Origin: a virus
Taxonomy: Duplodnaviria > Caudoviricetes
DNA length: 64,000 nt
Virus record (IMG/VR): IMGVR_UViG_3300025679_000005
Strand: one strand, 5' to 3'
The translations under genes were made by a program, and so were the position numbers. Shown here one piece after another: positions 1 through 10,664 of this stretch (positions within the stretch are counted from its first letter, which is position 1; each line of letters opens with the position of its first letter). The notes beneath the pieces were generated by a model. It saw only the letters and a program-made list of their open reading frames with translations. It did not search any database and was not told the DNA's origin.

Positions 1-1
1 C

Positions 2-103
2 GACTTGACTCAATTTGACACTCTGGTCAACTATCTGACTTTTCCAGTAGTCAACAAACCAGCTACATCGACCTTTCAGATCGTGTGGAGGTTGAGTTTC
101 TGA
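2..103 (+). CDS. 3' end of an upstream virion structural gene (partial, runs off the window)
   Basis: Frame 2 is open from the edge (DLTQFDTLVNYLTFPVVNKPATSTFQIVWRLSF*); its TGA overlaps the next ATG (TGATG at 101-105). Confidence 0.55.
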   Translation, partial: DLTQFDTLVNYLTFPVVNKPATSTFQIVWRLSF

Positions 104-2712
104 TGTCTGCCAAAAATTACGGTACAGGGACTTCTGGCTACTTGGATCCGGCAGAGCGCTCTTGGGAGACGACTGTCTACCAAGCTAGTAAGCCCATACT
201 GGACAAAGAGCTGAACCTACTCCAGGACGCCGAGCAGGATGCCACTCGTAAGATCCTTCGCAGCACTTTTCCTTCGGGATGGGTCAGCGACGACTACTTG
301 GCATCTTCAGCTTCGGCCCTGTTCGCAGGACTGACCAATACCTCAAACATCCTCCAGCTCAATTCTTTGGGGGCATACGTCAACGGGTGGTGGGTCAATG
401 TCACGGATACGGGGAACAACACCGGTCTGAACGTTCTTAATCTGGGGACGGCCCCCTCAGGAGCGGGTGCTTCGAGGACGGATTTGGTTATCCTTGAAGT
501 TTGGCGTCGGTTGATTCCGGCTTCGCCTTCGACTCTGGGCAAGAGCCCAGCAGGTCGTATTTGGAAGAACGGTAACGTCAAGATCGCGTCCTCGGACGAC
601 ATGACCTTGAACTATGCCGATGACATCTTGGATGGAGCGGTTGGGTCTGAAACTACCAAGCGTGTCCAGATCCAGTATCGCCTTAGGGTCATTCATGGCG
701 TGGATCTATTCACGTATCCTGCTGGGATCAGCGACCCTACAGTAGTGGCTATGTCAGTCCCTCCGAATGCGGCCACTCCTGACGGATCGTCTACGGTTTT
801 CACTTACGTGAATCAATCCTCTGTAGGTGACCCAGGCCTTTGGTTAGCAGGAGACGGGGACCCCTCGAATACTTTGGGTACTGTCGATGGGCGAATGTTT
901 GCATTGCCCTTGGCAGCTATCTTCCGTAGGAATTCCACGGCTTTTGCTAGGAACACCAATCAGAATGGTGGCATCGCCTTCGGTGGATCGTCGGATCGTC
1001 CGGACGGGTTGTTCTACGACATCATCAGTGCCCGGGATGTCTTGGATATGCGCTCGGGGTCTTCACCCACGGGCTGGGATCTCACAGAAGTCCTCCAGAA
1101 GAACGTGAACCTCCTGTTCGACAATGTGAACCAGACGGAGATTGGTTCGACGTTGTTCGGCGGTGGGATGAACGGCCACACGATCATTCAGGCGGATGAG
1201 ATCGGTGTCTCCAATGCCAACGGTGGCGACGGCGTCATCACAGGTGATACTCCTGGAGCCGACTTCATTGGTGAGTTCGACTCTGTTCGTCGAAGCTTCT
1301 CCGACAGGGGTATCTACGAGACGGTGGTACTCAAGTACCTACCTTCGGGTGGTTCGTGGGCTACCAATGAGGTCGTCACGATCAGTCCGTCGAATCTGCC
1401 CATCTGGCCGTACGCAAACACCAATTGGGCAGCCCACGCACCCTCTAACATCTCGTTCGTCGAGATCACAAGGGTTGCGTTTTTGGGTGAAGCCGGGGGC
1501 TCCAACAGCACGGACATCACCCACTCTGGGTGGTTCTCCTCAGGTTTGGGGACTACTCCACAGGGGGCAGTCACCGTACAGTTGACAGGGGCCGGCGCGG
1601 CTGCCGGTGGCTCGTCACCAATCTTCATTTGGATCACGGTAGCCTACCCTTCGGGGGTAGGCCTGTCCAAGACCCCGACAACCATCCTAGGGAATAATGG
1701 TACCGCTGGTACGGTACAAGGCGTGTATATCAACAATCCTGGGCAATTGCCCGCGACTACGCCTATATACTACAACGCTCTGACCACTCCAGTCTTCACT
1801 CAGGCCAATCGTGAAGTGCAGCTGACCTACCAGACGGTGGCTCACACTAGGAACTACTACTCCACTGGAGCAACAACAACACTGTTCATTCCAGAGCGTA
1901 TCGACAGCAGTCAGCCGGTGACCGTCACGATCAATTCGGTCCCTTATGGTGGATCCCAAGTAATCTCTGGAGACGGCTATTTCATCACGGTTGCGGGTGG
2001 GGCAGTCACAGGTGGTCAGACGATTGTGATCACTTACCAATCGATTCGCCCTATGCCTCAGAACAATGAACAATTGACGGTGTATTATGAGGCCAGAGTA
2101 CCTCAAACCGTTCGGGACGCTCTACTGGGCACTTCTCTCAGTGTCGTTCCCAGGAGTGTTGCTCAACACCTCTACGTTCTGACAGCAGGTAGCGGTACAG
2201 ACGGTCAGGCCTATCCGTTCCCATATCAGTACGTTCAGGCAGGTGGTGTATACCCCACGTCTGGCGGATCCTTTGCAGGGGACCATGAATTGGACGGTGA
2301 TCTTCGACTGTCGACGACAACTTTGACTGCGGATACAGGTTTCATGCAGCTTTCAGTGCAGGTTCCCGTAACCCCAGCCCCAGAGGCAGTAACTTTTGTG
2401 CGCTCCCCAGGAGCCAAGGATATCGAAGGGCGCACATTCTTCAATGCGTCAGGTACTCCGTACTACTTCACCGGCATTGCTCAGACTTTGAGCGATCCCA
2501 AGAAGCACAAGAATATCCTAGCCATGCTGTGTGAACTATCTGCCGACACCTTGTTAGGCCCCAAGGGTCAGTTGGTCCTAGTGCTACTTAGCCGTTGGGC
2601 CATTTTCGACGATTCGAACTCGGTGGGCTTCGTCACCAACCTCGCCAATAATTCCACAACTGCAAGTGTCTACAGGCTCAAGGGCAACCTGTTGAGCAAC
2701 AGGAGAAGCTAA
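103..2712 (+). CDS. Large virion structural protein (baseplate/tail-associated), paralog of 5202..9257
   Basis: G/T/S/N-rich 869-aa protein; start moved to ATG103 because of the TGATG coupling; N-terminal YQASKPILDKELNLLQD resembles DUF4815/DUF6519-type tail protein N-termini. Confidence 0.6.
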   Translation: MSAKNYGTGTSGYLDPAERSWETTVYQASKPILDKELNLLQDAEQDATRKILRSTFPSGWVSDDYLASSASALFAGLTNTSNILQLNSLGAYVNGWWVNVTDTGNNTGLNVLNLGTAPSGAGASRTDLVILEVWRRLIPASPSTLGKSPAGRIWKNGNVKIASSDDMTLNYADDILDGAVGSETTKRVQIQYRLRVIHGVDLFTYPAGISDPTVVAMSVPPNAATPDGSSTVFTYVNQSSVGDPGLWLAGDGDPSNTLGTVDGRMFALPLAAIFRRNSTAFARNTNQNGGIAFGGSSDRPDGLFYDIISARDVLDMRSGSSPTGWDLTEVLQKNVNLLFDNVNQTEIGSTLFGGGMNGHTIIQADEIGVSNANGGDGVITGDTPGADFIGEFDSVRRSFSDRGIYETVVLKYLPSGGSWATNEVVTISPSNLPIWPYANTNWAAHAPSNISFVEITRVAFLGEAGGSNSTDITHSGWFSSGLGTTPQGAVTVQLTGAGAAAGGSSPIFIWITVAYPSGVGLSKTPTTILGNNGTAGTVQGVYINNPGQLPATTPIYYNALTTPVFTQANREVQLTYQTVAHTRNYYSTGATTTLFIPERIDSSQPVTVTINSVPYGGSQVISGDGYFITVAGGAVTGGQTIVITYQSIRPMPQNNEQLTVYYEARVPQTVRDALLGTSLSVVPRSVAQHLYVLTAGSGTDGQAYPFPYQYVQAGGVYPTSGGSFAGDHELDGDLRLSTTTLTADTGFMQLSVQVPVTPAPEAVTFVRSPGAKDIEGRTFFNASGTPYYFTGIAQTLSDPKKHKNILAMLCELSADTLLGPKGQLVLVLLSRWAIFDDSNSVGFVTNLANNSTTASVYRLKGNLLSNRRS

Positions 2713-4493
2713 TGCCATCACAATTTGATGCAAGCCAAGTTACCTCGGGACCTGGCAAAATTCACACGGATGTTGTCACGGCGGCTGCTGAGTTGTTTAC
2801 GTCTGGTGCTAGCGGTGGTGGTGGTGGCGTTACCCCAGATATTCTGGCACAGCTTCTGGCGGCTCCTAGCGTCACGGCCCCCATCGTGGCAAACGTCAGC
2901 ACAGGTGACGCTAGTTACACGATCGTAAATGGTACCTACGGCGTTTTCTGGACAGGAAGTAGTGGTAGCGAAAGCTTAAACGACCTCTTCAAGGTTGTGA
3001 ACTCTTCGGACGACACTGACGTGTTCAACCCGATCACGAACACCTATGTGAGCGTGGCGTCGCTGTCGATTGCAGTTGGAAGTGGGTTCTACAACAACCC
3101 CATCACATTGACTTTCAATACGTCAGTACCCGCTGGCGTCTCCTACAAGATATTCTTCAGCAAGCAGACGATTCTATCGGCTTTGCCCAAGGAATTGGCC
3201 AGCTTTCCTACGATTCGCAGGTCTGCTGAGAGAGTGCGTTTTCCAGAGAACATTCGTACGGGACTTGCCCCTACATCAGTGGCCAATCCTCTTGATATCG
3301 TGGCCAATCCCTATCCTGATCCATACATGGCTCAGTGGAAGTCCCTGCTCCGTGGGACGGCAGCGACGTATACGGCTCAGGCGTCTGGTTCGGCCGGTTT
3401 CGTCAACATAGGTCGCAAGAAGAACGTTCTTGATGCCAATGACGTGTCCTTCGCAGGACACCAGGCGTCCGCGTTCCTAGCGGTCTACGAGAAGGAGATC
3501 ACTTCAGGGACCTTGAATGGTCAGACGGTCTATACGAAGATCGACCCCTCGTTGGCGGCTACTGTGAACCCCACAGGTTCGGCTGATATGGTTCAGCTGA
3601 ATTCGGCAGACTACTTCCGTCTGACTAGTCCCAGCCACCTCACTGCCATTCGTTGTGGGGTGGACATGCTGGAAATCACCTTCGTCTCAGGGCTGAAGGA
3701 GGTCTTCATCATTGGGTCGCTGGATGCCACGGATGTGCATAGAGCGCGTCTTCTGACATTGGGTGGAGCTACGGCTAATTTCCCGACTACTCTCACCAAC
3801 GTCCACCTGAAATGGATTCGTACAGGGGCCTTCCTAGGTGGGGACAATGATGCGGGGACAGCTAACCCACACTACTACAAGGGCTTCAGTCATTTGGTTC
3901 AGGGTGCCATTACCACAAGTCCTGCGGCTGAACTAGCTCAAGAACCACCGTTCTTTTCGGCAGGTACTATAGACAATACCCGTGCGGATTTAAGCCGTGG
4001 CAACTGGAATATCAAGGCATTCACTTGGGGCGGTTATACCCAGACAGGCGCGGCCCCTGCGAACATAGGCCAACGTACTATCAATGGGGAACTCTGGGGG
4101 GATGGCTCGATCATAACCTTCGGTGGGCGAAACATTGGTCTCAAGAACAACCGAAGTGTCTTAAGTGTCATAAACAGCAACACTACTACGACATGGGACC
4201 CAACGGCCAACAGCATGATTGGGAACATTTTCGTTGGCACTACCTCCTGTGTTTGGACGATCGTAATGGCAGGATCTTACGTGCCATTCGAAGGCGACGA
4301 GATCACGGTAACAATCAATTACGGCGGCACTATAGGCTCGGACAGCGAACTCAGTACAGTGGCTTGGCCCAGTAACTTCCTTTTCTCTGGTTTTGATGCG
4401 AACACCCCTTCCCCTACGGGCACTACCTTGAAGTTTAACGGCACTTACTTCAATAGTAAATTCCTCATGACACGTACCGACTACCAACCCTAA
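2712..4493 (+). CDS. Putative tail fibre / receptor-binding protein
   Basis: 593 aa, G/S/T-rich and beta-prone; C-terminal GDEITVTINYGG...VAWPSNFLF resembles fibre tip domains; TAATG coupling. Confidence 0.5.
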   Translation: MPSQFDASQVTSGPGKIHTDVVTAAAELFTSGASGGGGGVTPDILAQLLAAPSVTAPIVANVSTGDASYTIVNGTYGVFWTGSSGSESLNDLFKVVNSSDDTDVFNPITNTYVSVASLSIAVGSGFYNNPITLTFNTSVPAGVSYKIFFSKQTILSALPKELASFPTIRRSAERVRFPENIRTGLAPTSVANPLDIVANPYPDPYMAQWKSLLRGTAATYTAQASGSAGFVNIGRKKNVLDANDVSFAGHQASAFLAVYEKEITSGTLNGQTVYTKIDPSLAATVNPTGSADMVQLNSADYFRLTSPSHLTAIRCGVDMLEITFVSGLKEVFIIGSLDATDVHRARLLTLGGATANFPTTLTNVHLKWIRTGAFLGGDNDAGTANPHYYKGFSHLVQGAITTSPAAELAQEPPFFSAGTIDNTRADLSRGNWNIKAFTWGGYTQTGAAPANIGQRTINGELWGDGSIITFGGRNIGLKNNRSVLSVINSNTTTTWDPTANSMIGNIFVGTTSCVWTIVMAGSYVPFEGDEITVTINYGGTIGSDSELSTVAWPSNFLFSGFDANTPSPTGTTLKFNGTYFNSKFLMTRTDYQP

Positions 4494-4507
4494 AGTGGGA
4501 GATATAG

Positions 4508-5152
4508 ATGGGAACTCTTTACCTGATTGACGGACACAATCCGACCCTCGCATCCTCTGCGATCAAGGACACCTATATCCTAACTAGCGGTTCCCGCGAA
4601 CTTAGAGGTAGTTTCCCCGTGAATCTTCCATTCGACGTGCCTTTGGAAGGCCCCACCCCTACGATTGTGAGCGGCTTGGTGACCCAGAAGTATGCGGGCC
4701 TTTTAAGCATGTACCCCGGGTACAGCCACATCCTCTATGATGAGCAGTTGGACGGCACGGGGTGGGACATGACCGCGATTGCAACCAATGGCACGGCCTG
4801 TACCGTTGGTTCTAGAAAAACCACCAAATTGATCAATGCTGGTAGCCTACCCATGCATTCTCTGGCCACGACCTTGGCCACGACCCCCACGAATTACATA
4901 CTTCGGTATGAGCTGTACAAGTACCAGGACAACGACACTGTAGGCGGCCCGTACCAGCGTTTATACTCAGAAACCACGGACATCGCGGCTCAGGTCACGG
5001 TCTATGCGTCCTTCAACGGCAACTTCCAGCTCGCGACCAACGGGGTAGCAGCGGCCATTGCTAGCTTAGACCAAGGCAATAGCTTCCAGCTTCGCTTCCA
5101 AAAGACCTCGACGAATCCGGTTTGGATAGGCTCCTGGGCTTTGATTTATTGA
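4508..5152 (+). CDS. Hypothetical virion protein
   Basis: 214-aa ORF inside the structural cluster with similar composition. Confidence 0.5.
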   Translation: MGTLYLIDGHNPTLASSAIKDTYILTSGSRELRGSFPVNLPFDVPLEGPTPTIVSGLVTQKYAGLLSMYPGYSHILYDEQLDGTGWDMTAIATNGTACTVGSRKTTKLINAGSLPMHSLATTLATTPTNYILRYELYKYQDNDTVGGPYQRLYSETTDIAAQVTVYASFNGNFQLATNGVAAAIASLDQGNSFQLRFQKTSTNPVWIGSWALIY

Positions 5153-5201
5153 TTGACGATTACAAGCAAGGGGTCTCCCCTGTAGCTCAAAATGTGGAGA
5201 A

Positions 5202-8200
5202 GTGATGACTGATAATTTCGGGCCGAATGTTTCACGAGTTCTGAGCCCCGCGCAAGCCTCCTACAAGACTGTAGTGTTCCAGGCGGGGCGGCCTCCATTG
5301 GACAGCGAGATGTCCTTTGCGCAGCAGATTGCGGCAGAATGGGACCGTTTACACGTTCTGACTGGGACTCCGTCGGGCTGGCTCGATGATGCCATCAATC
5401 CTCAAGATTCGTATGTCACCAGCGTCAACTACTCCAACTGGTTCCAGTACGGCGACCAACAGGCTGGGGAACGCCAGTCCATCATGTGGGCTGTGGTCAA
5501 CGGTTGGATAGTGCCAGTCACGGGAACCCTGACAGGTGCTCCCCCGGGCTCTCCCAACGACTCGGACACTTGGAACCGAATTACCTTGCCCCCGCCCCCC
5601 GCCAACACAGGGGATGCTCGTATCGATTTCGCCTTTCTTGAGGTTTGGCAGGCTCGTGTGGCTCCGAATCCGTCGACCACGAACAAGCCCGCTTCCTCGG
5701 CCGTCTACCGGTACGGTAACGTCGAAGGTGGCGCTAGCTTCATTGCAGATGACATGCAGGACCCTCAAATAGGGTTTGAGACAAGCCAGCGGATTCAGCT
5801 CCAATATCGTATCCGCATAGCTTCGGGCTTAGTTGGTTTGGCCAGCTACCCAGACGGCTTCGACCCCTCAGTGGTCAAGGGTCAGGGCACAGCAACAACG
5901 CCTTCGAGCTACGTGTTCACGAATATGCGTACCGAGCTGGGCGACCCCGGTCTCTGGCGTGCTGGCGACGGCACCCAAAACTCTTTGGGGACTGTCGACG
6001 GGTATACCTATGCAATCCCTATTTGCGGCGTCTTCCGCCGTAACAGTGTGGGTTGGGCGGGGGACCCTAGCCAGAACCTCAACGGCGCCTTCAACCGTAA
6101 TCCACTGGCCGTGGACCGAACGGGATACAAGACTTTCGCACTGGCCCCGACGATTGTAGGCGGGATCACAGCTACCTCTACGAGCCTGACCCTTTCATCA
6201 GTCGTTAACCTCTCGATACCTCTGACTCCCGTGACCCCAGTTGCGATTCAGATTGGCGATGAGATCCTGTACTACTCAGTGATCACAGGCACGACTATGA
6301 CGCTCAGCGCTCGTGGCGCTTTCGGCTCCAAGGCTGAAGCCCACAAGACGGGTTCTACCATTAAGACCGTATCCGGTCGTCCGGACGGCCTATTTGCAGA
6401 CCAGGTTGCAAAGACGGACATTTTGGATCTCCGCCATGTCGTGAGTCCAAACGGCTTCGACTACGCAGCCCTTCTCAAGGGCAACCTCGACAAGCTCCTC
6501 CGGGGTCAGCTGCACTCGACTTGGAAGCGCTCCGGTGGCGGACCACAGGGCACCTTCGTGGCTTATCAGGACAAGGTGTCGGCTACGCCGGGTGCTCTGG
6601 GTGTCACCAAGCTCGATGCTCCGGACGGTATCCGGCAAATATTTGCAGAGCCCGCGTCTTTGCAGCCGGTCATCATCCCAATTTCGTCCCCTGCTTCAAC
6701 TAGTACATCCCCTCAAGCAATTGGCGGGACCCTGGGTGCGGCTTTCAACACTGGAGTCACAGCCATCCACCCTGCGGGCACAGGGTTCCAGCCTGGGGAT
6801 ATTATTACGATTTCACGGAGCCTATTCCTGAATTCGTTACCAGGCAGCGATTCGGATCAACTGCACCTACTGGCCGACAACACCTATTTCTCAATACGCT
6901 TCATGGGTGAGACAACAGATTGCTCGAACACGACATATTCGCTATCCAACGACGGATCGGGGAACCTACTCATCACGTTTGGAGGCGGCTTCACGGTTCG
7001 CAATCTAGGAGCTTTCATCACCTTGTATGTGCAGTATGGTGCCGGACGTGGCATGAGCCGAAAACCCGACGCCATCCACAGCGTGGCTTACCTCTCTGCT
7101 TCACCCAACATCTTGGTACAGCAGCAGGGGCTACCAGCTGGCAATCAGCCAATTCGTACAACATGGGCCGCCCTATGGTCTAAGTTCCAAGCTGGACCGT
7201 TCAACGGGCATCTTGCGTCGACTGCTGAGGCCTACGCGGATCCAGGCAGCAAGAGTGTTATCTTGACGCCGTTCCGTCGGCACACCTTCAGTGGGCCGAA
7301 TTTCAAGAGCACCCAGAAGTACGTGAATACCGGCAACCCCTCAGATGCCCAGTTCGGCGCTATGCCTGCTTATACTCCAGGGGGTTCTCCAAAGTGGACG
7401 ACAACGGACCCTCTAGGCGTGTTCTCTGGATACTCTGACCCGACGACAGCTAGGGCCAACATGTGCGTGATCCTACCCAGGCGCCTCATGCCAGGTTACG
7501 GTGAAGTCCGTGTTCCAATCTTGTACTCAGACTCGGGGAACTTCGCTGAAGGTATCAACTTCGCTTTCAGCGCTCCCAAGGGAGGCACTCCAGGTAATGA
7601 CTATACGAACTTTGTGCCTCCTACGGACGGCAGCGGCGCAGCAACCTACGGTGTGTTCTCGACGCTGAACCTCACCAACAGCACACCAGTCGCCTACAAT
7701 ACGGCGTACACAGACGGCCTCCTCATCGCTGGCATGAGGTTTTTCACAGATACACGGGGCTTGAACCGCCAGGGTCTAGAACTACCGCCATTCTACGGGA
7801 TTGCTCGCCTATTCGCTGTATACGAGGCTCAGGACTACAAGGCGCACGGCAGTGCTTACAACCCCACTACTCGCGCTTTCGTGGGTACGGGCGCAACAAA
7901 CCTACTTCGCCAGAACTTCTCTGGTCCGACCTTCTGGATTGAGTCCGATGTAGACGGCGACCCTACGTTCATCCTGAACGCAGACGCTATCGATATCACG
8001 AAGTCCCCGAATGCGATCTCCGCGTTCAACTCGGCCCATTATGTGATCGAGTCCTCGATCTTCGGCTGTGACCGTGGGGCGTTCGACTTGTCCCAGGATT
8101 GCCGCATTGTCCTCAGTCGTACTCGCAATGAGGGTACGACTGCTGGAGTCACAATGGCTACGAACCCCTCGTTCGTACTGCCGGGTGCTCCGGAAATCGG

Positions 8201-9257
8201 CGACGAAATAGCAATCAACTATAGCCGCACTCCTTACCAGGGTGATGCTTGGGGCTCTCAGCAAGCACAGTCTGACATAGGGTACAAGCCTGGCCCGTTG
8301 GCAACTTCTGTTCGATACCAGCTATTGAACTCGGTATTAGACCAGGCCAACCTGACTCGCCCCAATCAGAAAACCCTTGAAGTCTTGGCGGGAGTCCACT
8401 TCGTCACGACCTTGGGTACAGGGCGTTTCTCTGGTTCTGTCCCGACCTCCAATGACGACTTCAGGAACGTAGGCTTCGAAAGCTGGCTACCTCTGCCGAC
8501 AACTCCAGTGGATGCGCGACCAACGATTCAGCCCACGGCCTTGAATGCTCTAGAGCGTGTCATGACCTTGGGTACGGAGTACTTGGGGTGCATTGAGCGC
8601 CTGCCTTTGGGAGCCCTCTTCCGGGACAAGGACTTCCGAGGCAACTACGTCAGTGGTCTGACCCTCACCCAAAATGGGGTCAATGGCCCACTTTCGATGG
8701 GTTATGGGGCTCCAGGTCTGATGGGTGCAAGCATTGCTCCAGACAATAACCTGGAATACACGGTGATCCCAGCCCATACAGCCTCTATCTCTTCCGGCAG
8801 CGCTGGAGAAATAGTGGTGCATGTTGACGGCGACGCCGGTAACTACAATGTAGTCACCAACTTCCGAACCAATCGTGGTGGCTCCGCTTTCACTGCCTCT
8901 GGCTTTGCTGGTGGAGATATCGGCGGCATCCTTCCAGGTTCGTCAGGGAATACCACCTCGGGTGGCATCCTCTCTGGTATTGCGATGTTGGTTCGTAACG
9001 TACCGACCAGCATCGGGTCTACCGAAGTCAGTGCAGGTCAGGAACTGATGCTTCTGATCGCTACCACGGCTAGGGCTCAGAATAGTGGCGCTAATCTCAA
9101 CACTGTTCAGGTGAGCACTTCCGGCACTGGCGAGGGTTACAGTGCCGTCGACCTGTACCGTATTAGTGGTCACCCAATCACCAATGACTCCAGTCGTGAG
9201 ATTGTCGATCCGACGATTATCAAACTGGCTCGCCCCTCCGACATTTTGAGCGTTTAA
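5202..9257 (+). CDS. Very large virion structural protein (baseplate/tail), paralog of 103..2712
   Basis: 1351 aa; shares blocks with ORF103 (LEVW, ETxxRxQxQYRxR, DPGLWxAGDG, LGTVDG, FRRNS, RPDGLF). Confidence 0.6.
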   Translation: MMTDNFGPNVSRVLSPAQASYKTVVFQAGRPPLDSEMSFAQQIAAEWDRLHVLTGTPSGWLDDAINPQDSYVTSVNYSNWFQYGDQQAGERQSIMWAVVNGWIVPVTGTLTGAPPGSPNDSDTWNRITLPPPPANTGDARIDFAFLEVWQARVAPNPSTTNKPASSAVYRYGNVEGGASFIADDMQDPQIGFETSQRIQLQYRIRIASGLVGLASYPDGFDPSVVKGQGTATTPSSYVFTNMRTELGDPGLWRAGDGTQNSLGTVDGYTYAIPICGVFRRNSVGWAGDPSQNLNGAFNRNPLAVDRTGYKTFALAPTIVGGITATSTSLTLSSVVNLSIPLTPVTPVAIQIGDEILYYSVITGTTMTLSARGAFGSKAEAHKTGSTIKTVSGRPDGLFADQVAKTDILDLRHVVSPNGFDYAALLKGNLDKLLRGQLHSTWKRSGGGPQGTFVAYQDKVSATPGALGVTKLDAPDGIRQIFAEPASLQPVIIPISSPASTSTSPQAIGGTLGAAFNTGVTAIHPAGTGFQPGDIITISRSLFLNSLPGSDSDQLHLLADNTYFSIRFMGETTDCSNTTYSLSNDGSGNLLITFGGGFTVRNLGAFITLYVQYGAGRGMSRKPDAIHSVAYLSASPNILVQQQGLPAGNQPIRTTWAALWSKFQAGPFNGHLASTAEAYADPGSKSVILTPFRRHTFSGPNFKSTQKYVNTGNPSDAQFGAMPAYTPGGSPKWTTTDPLGVFSGYSDPTTARANMCVILPRRLMPGYGEVRVPILYSDSGNFAEGINFAFSAPKGGTPGNDYTNFVPPTDGSGAATYGVFSTLNLTNSTPVAYNTAYTDGLLIAGMRFFTDTRGLNRQGLELPPFYGIARLFAVYEAQDYKAHGSAYNPTTRAFVGTGATNLLRQNFSGPTFWIESDVDGDPTFILNADAIDITKSPNAISAFNSAHYVIESSIFGCDRGAFDLSQDCRIVLSRTRNEGTTAGVTMATNPSFVLPGAPEIGDEIAINYSRTPYQGDAWGSQQAQSDIGYKPGPLATSVRYQLLNSVLDQANLTRPNQKTLEVLAGVHFVTTLGTGRFSGSVPTSNDDFRNVGFESWLPLPTTPVDARPTIQPTALNALERVMTLGTEYLGCIERLPLGALFRDKDFRGNYVSGLTLTQNGVNGPLSMGYGAPGLMGASIAPDNNLEYTVIPAHTASISSGSAGEIVVHVDGDAGNYNVVTNFRTNRGGSAFTASGFAGGDIGGILPGSSGNTTSGGILSGIAMLVRNVPTSIGSTEVSAGQELMLLIATTARAQNSGANLNTVQVSTSGTGEGYSAVDLYRISGHPITNDSSREIVDPTIIKLARPSDILSV

Positions 9258-9259
9258 TC

Positions 9260-9457
9260 ATGGCCATTGAGAGTATGACCTATCTTGATATTCCGGTGGC
9301 CGCTCGCCAAGCGAACGCGGCCAAGGCCATCAACCGACTTGTGGAGCGCATGAACGAGGTCGGGGTGTCGGCTGAGCAGCGTGAGCTGATGGCTGCCCAA
9401 GTCAAGCGCATCGAACAATGGATGCAGGGGACACTCCCTGCTCCTGAAGGGATTTGA
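9260..9457 (+). CDS. Small hypothetical helical protein
   Basis: 65-aa ORF tightly packed between neighbouring genes. Confidence 0.5.
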   Translation: MAIESMTYLDIPVAARQANAAKAINRLVERMNEVGVSAEQRELMAAQVKRIEQWMQGTLPAPEGI

Positions 9458-9460
9458 GTC

Positions 9461-10138
9461 ATGGACCAAGCAGTACTAGCGTTTCTGACCAAAGGGACCT
9501 TCGTCCTTGCGGTTCTTGTCGTTGTCATCAACTTCTTCATTCGGCGGACTGTCCAGCTGATTCGTCCAGACTTTAAGCCTCTTGGCGGGGCCATGGACAA
9601 GAAGGCCATGTACGCAGATACTGCAGCGATGTGGTGGAACGAGATCGGCCTCTACGCTTTGCCTGTGGTCATTGGTGCGAACTTGGGTTTGGTCAAAGGC
9701 CTGGGATTCTTGTTCGATCCTTCGATCAAGACAGTGTCCGGTCACGTGTTTTATGCGGCAGTCGTGGGTTGGTTCGCGGACTTCTTGTACGAAGTGATTC
9801 AGAAGATCCTGTACAAGAGCACGGGTGTAACTTTGCCCAGTGCCAATGATTTGGGATCAGCCTCCTCCGAGGTTGTGGTCGTTCACGAAGAGCGCAAGGA
9901 ACACCACGAGGATGCCCCCACAACGACTGTCGCAACCACGACTACGACAGTGACGGTGAAGACTCCTGAGCCGGTCCCAGAGGCGGAGCCTGCCACTATT
10001 CCAGTTCCTGCTGCGGTTCCAGCAGCCCCTGTAGAAGTCGTAGCTACAGTAGTTCCTGTTGCTGCTCCAGCTGAAGTTCCGCCGGGCCCAGCTCCTACTG
10101 CATTAGGCGGTGGCGAAGAGCCTCCGAAGAGTGGTTGA
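9461..10138 (+). CDS. Multi-pass membrane protein, holin-like, with a Pro/Ala/Val-rich tail
   Basis: About 3 hydrophobic segments in the first 120 aa, then a low-complexity PEA/VPA tail; located after the tail genes. Confidence 0.45.
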   Translation: MDQAVLAFLTKGTFVLAVLVVVINFFIRRTVQLIRPDFKPLGGAMDKKAMYADTAAMWWNEIGLYALPVVIGANLGLVKGLGFLFDPSIKTVSGHVFYAAVVGWFADFLYEVIQKILYKSTGVTLPSANDLGSASSEVVVVHEERKEHHEDAPTTTVATTTTTVTVKTPEPVPEAEPATIPVPAAVPAAPVEVVATVVPVAAPAEVPPGPAPTALGGGEEPPKSG

Positions 10139-10142
10139 TCCC

Positions 10143-10664
10143 ATGGCGCCTACTACTGAACCTACCTTTTGGTCAGCGGCTTGGGTTTGGACCAAGAAAG
10201 CGGCCCGCATGGTGGCCGCTCCCCTTCCGGCCTTGCTGTTGATGGCAGGGGCTATCGTCCTAGTCGTTCTAGGGGCTAAGAACATCCAAATCGGTGGTCT
10301 ATTGGGCAAGTTGTTCGGTAAGGATCCAGCGAGCAGCAAAGCTGTGGACGTAGCCAACACCATTCCGGCTCATCGGGTGGATTCGAATGGTGCCATCATC
10401 CCGGTGGGTACCCCGGATGCAACAGGGCAGACCCAGGCGGTGGTTGTCCCGATCGCTACCCCCACCATGTTCTCTGACCCGAACACGGTGACGATTACGC
10501 CTCCGAACTCAGCTCCCGTGGTCGTGGCGTTGCCTACCGGTGTAAAGTCATCCGACGTGGACAAGGTCGTGATAGTGAAGCCCGAAATCTACGCGGTTAC
10601 CGTGAAGGACTCTTCTTCGGTGACCGGGTCCCATATCGACGACCTGCTGAAGAAGTATCAATGA
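10143..10664 (+). CDS. N-terminally membrane-anchored protein (i-spanin-like position)
   Basis: Start at ATG10143 just after the previous stop; single TM segment PLPALLLMAGAIVLVVLGA followed by a soluble Pro/Val/Thr-rich domain. Confidence 0.45.
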   Translation: MAPTTEPTFWSAAWVWTKKAARMVAAPLPALLLMAGAIVLVVLGAKNIQIGGLLGKLFGKDPASSKAVDVANTIPAHRVDSNGAIIPVGTPDATGQTQAVVVPIATPTMFSDPNTVTITPPNSAPVVVALPTGVKSSDVDKVVIVKPEIYAVTVKDSSSVTGSHIDDLLKKYQ

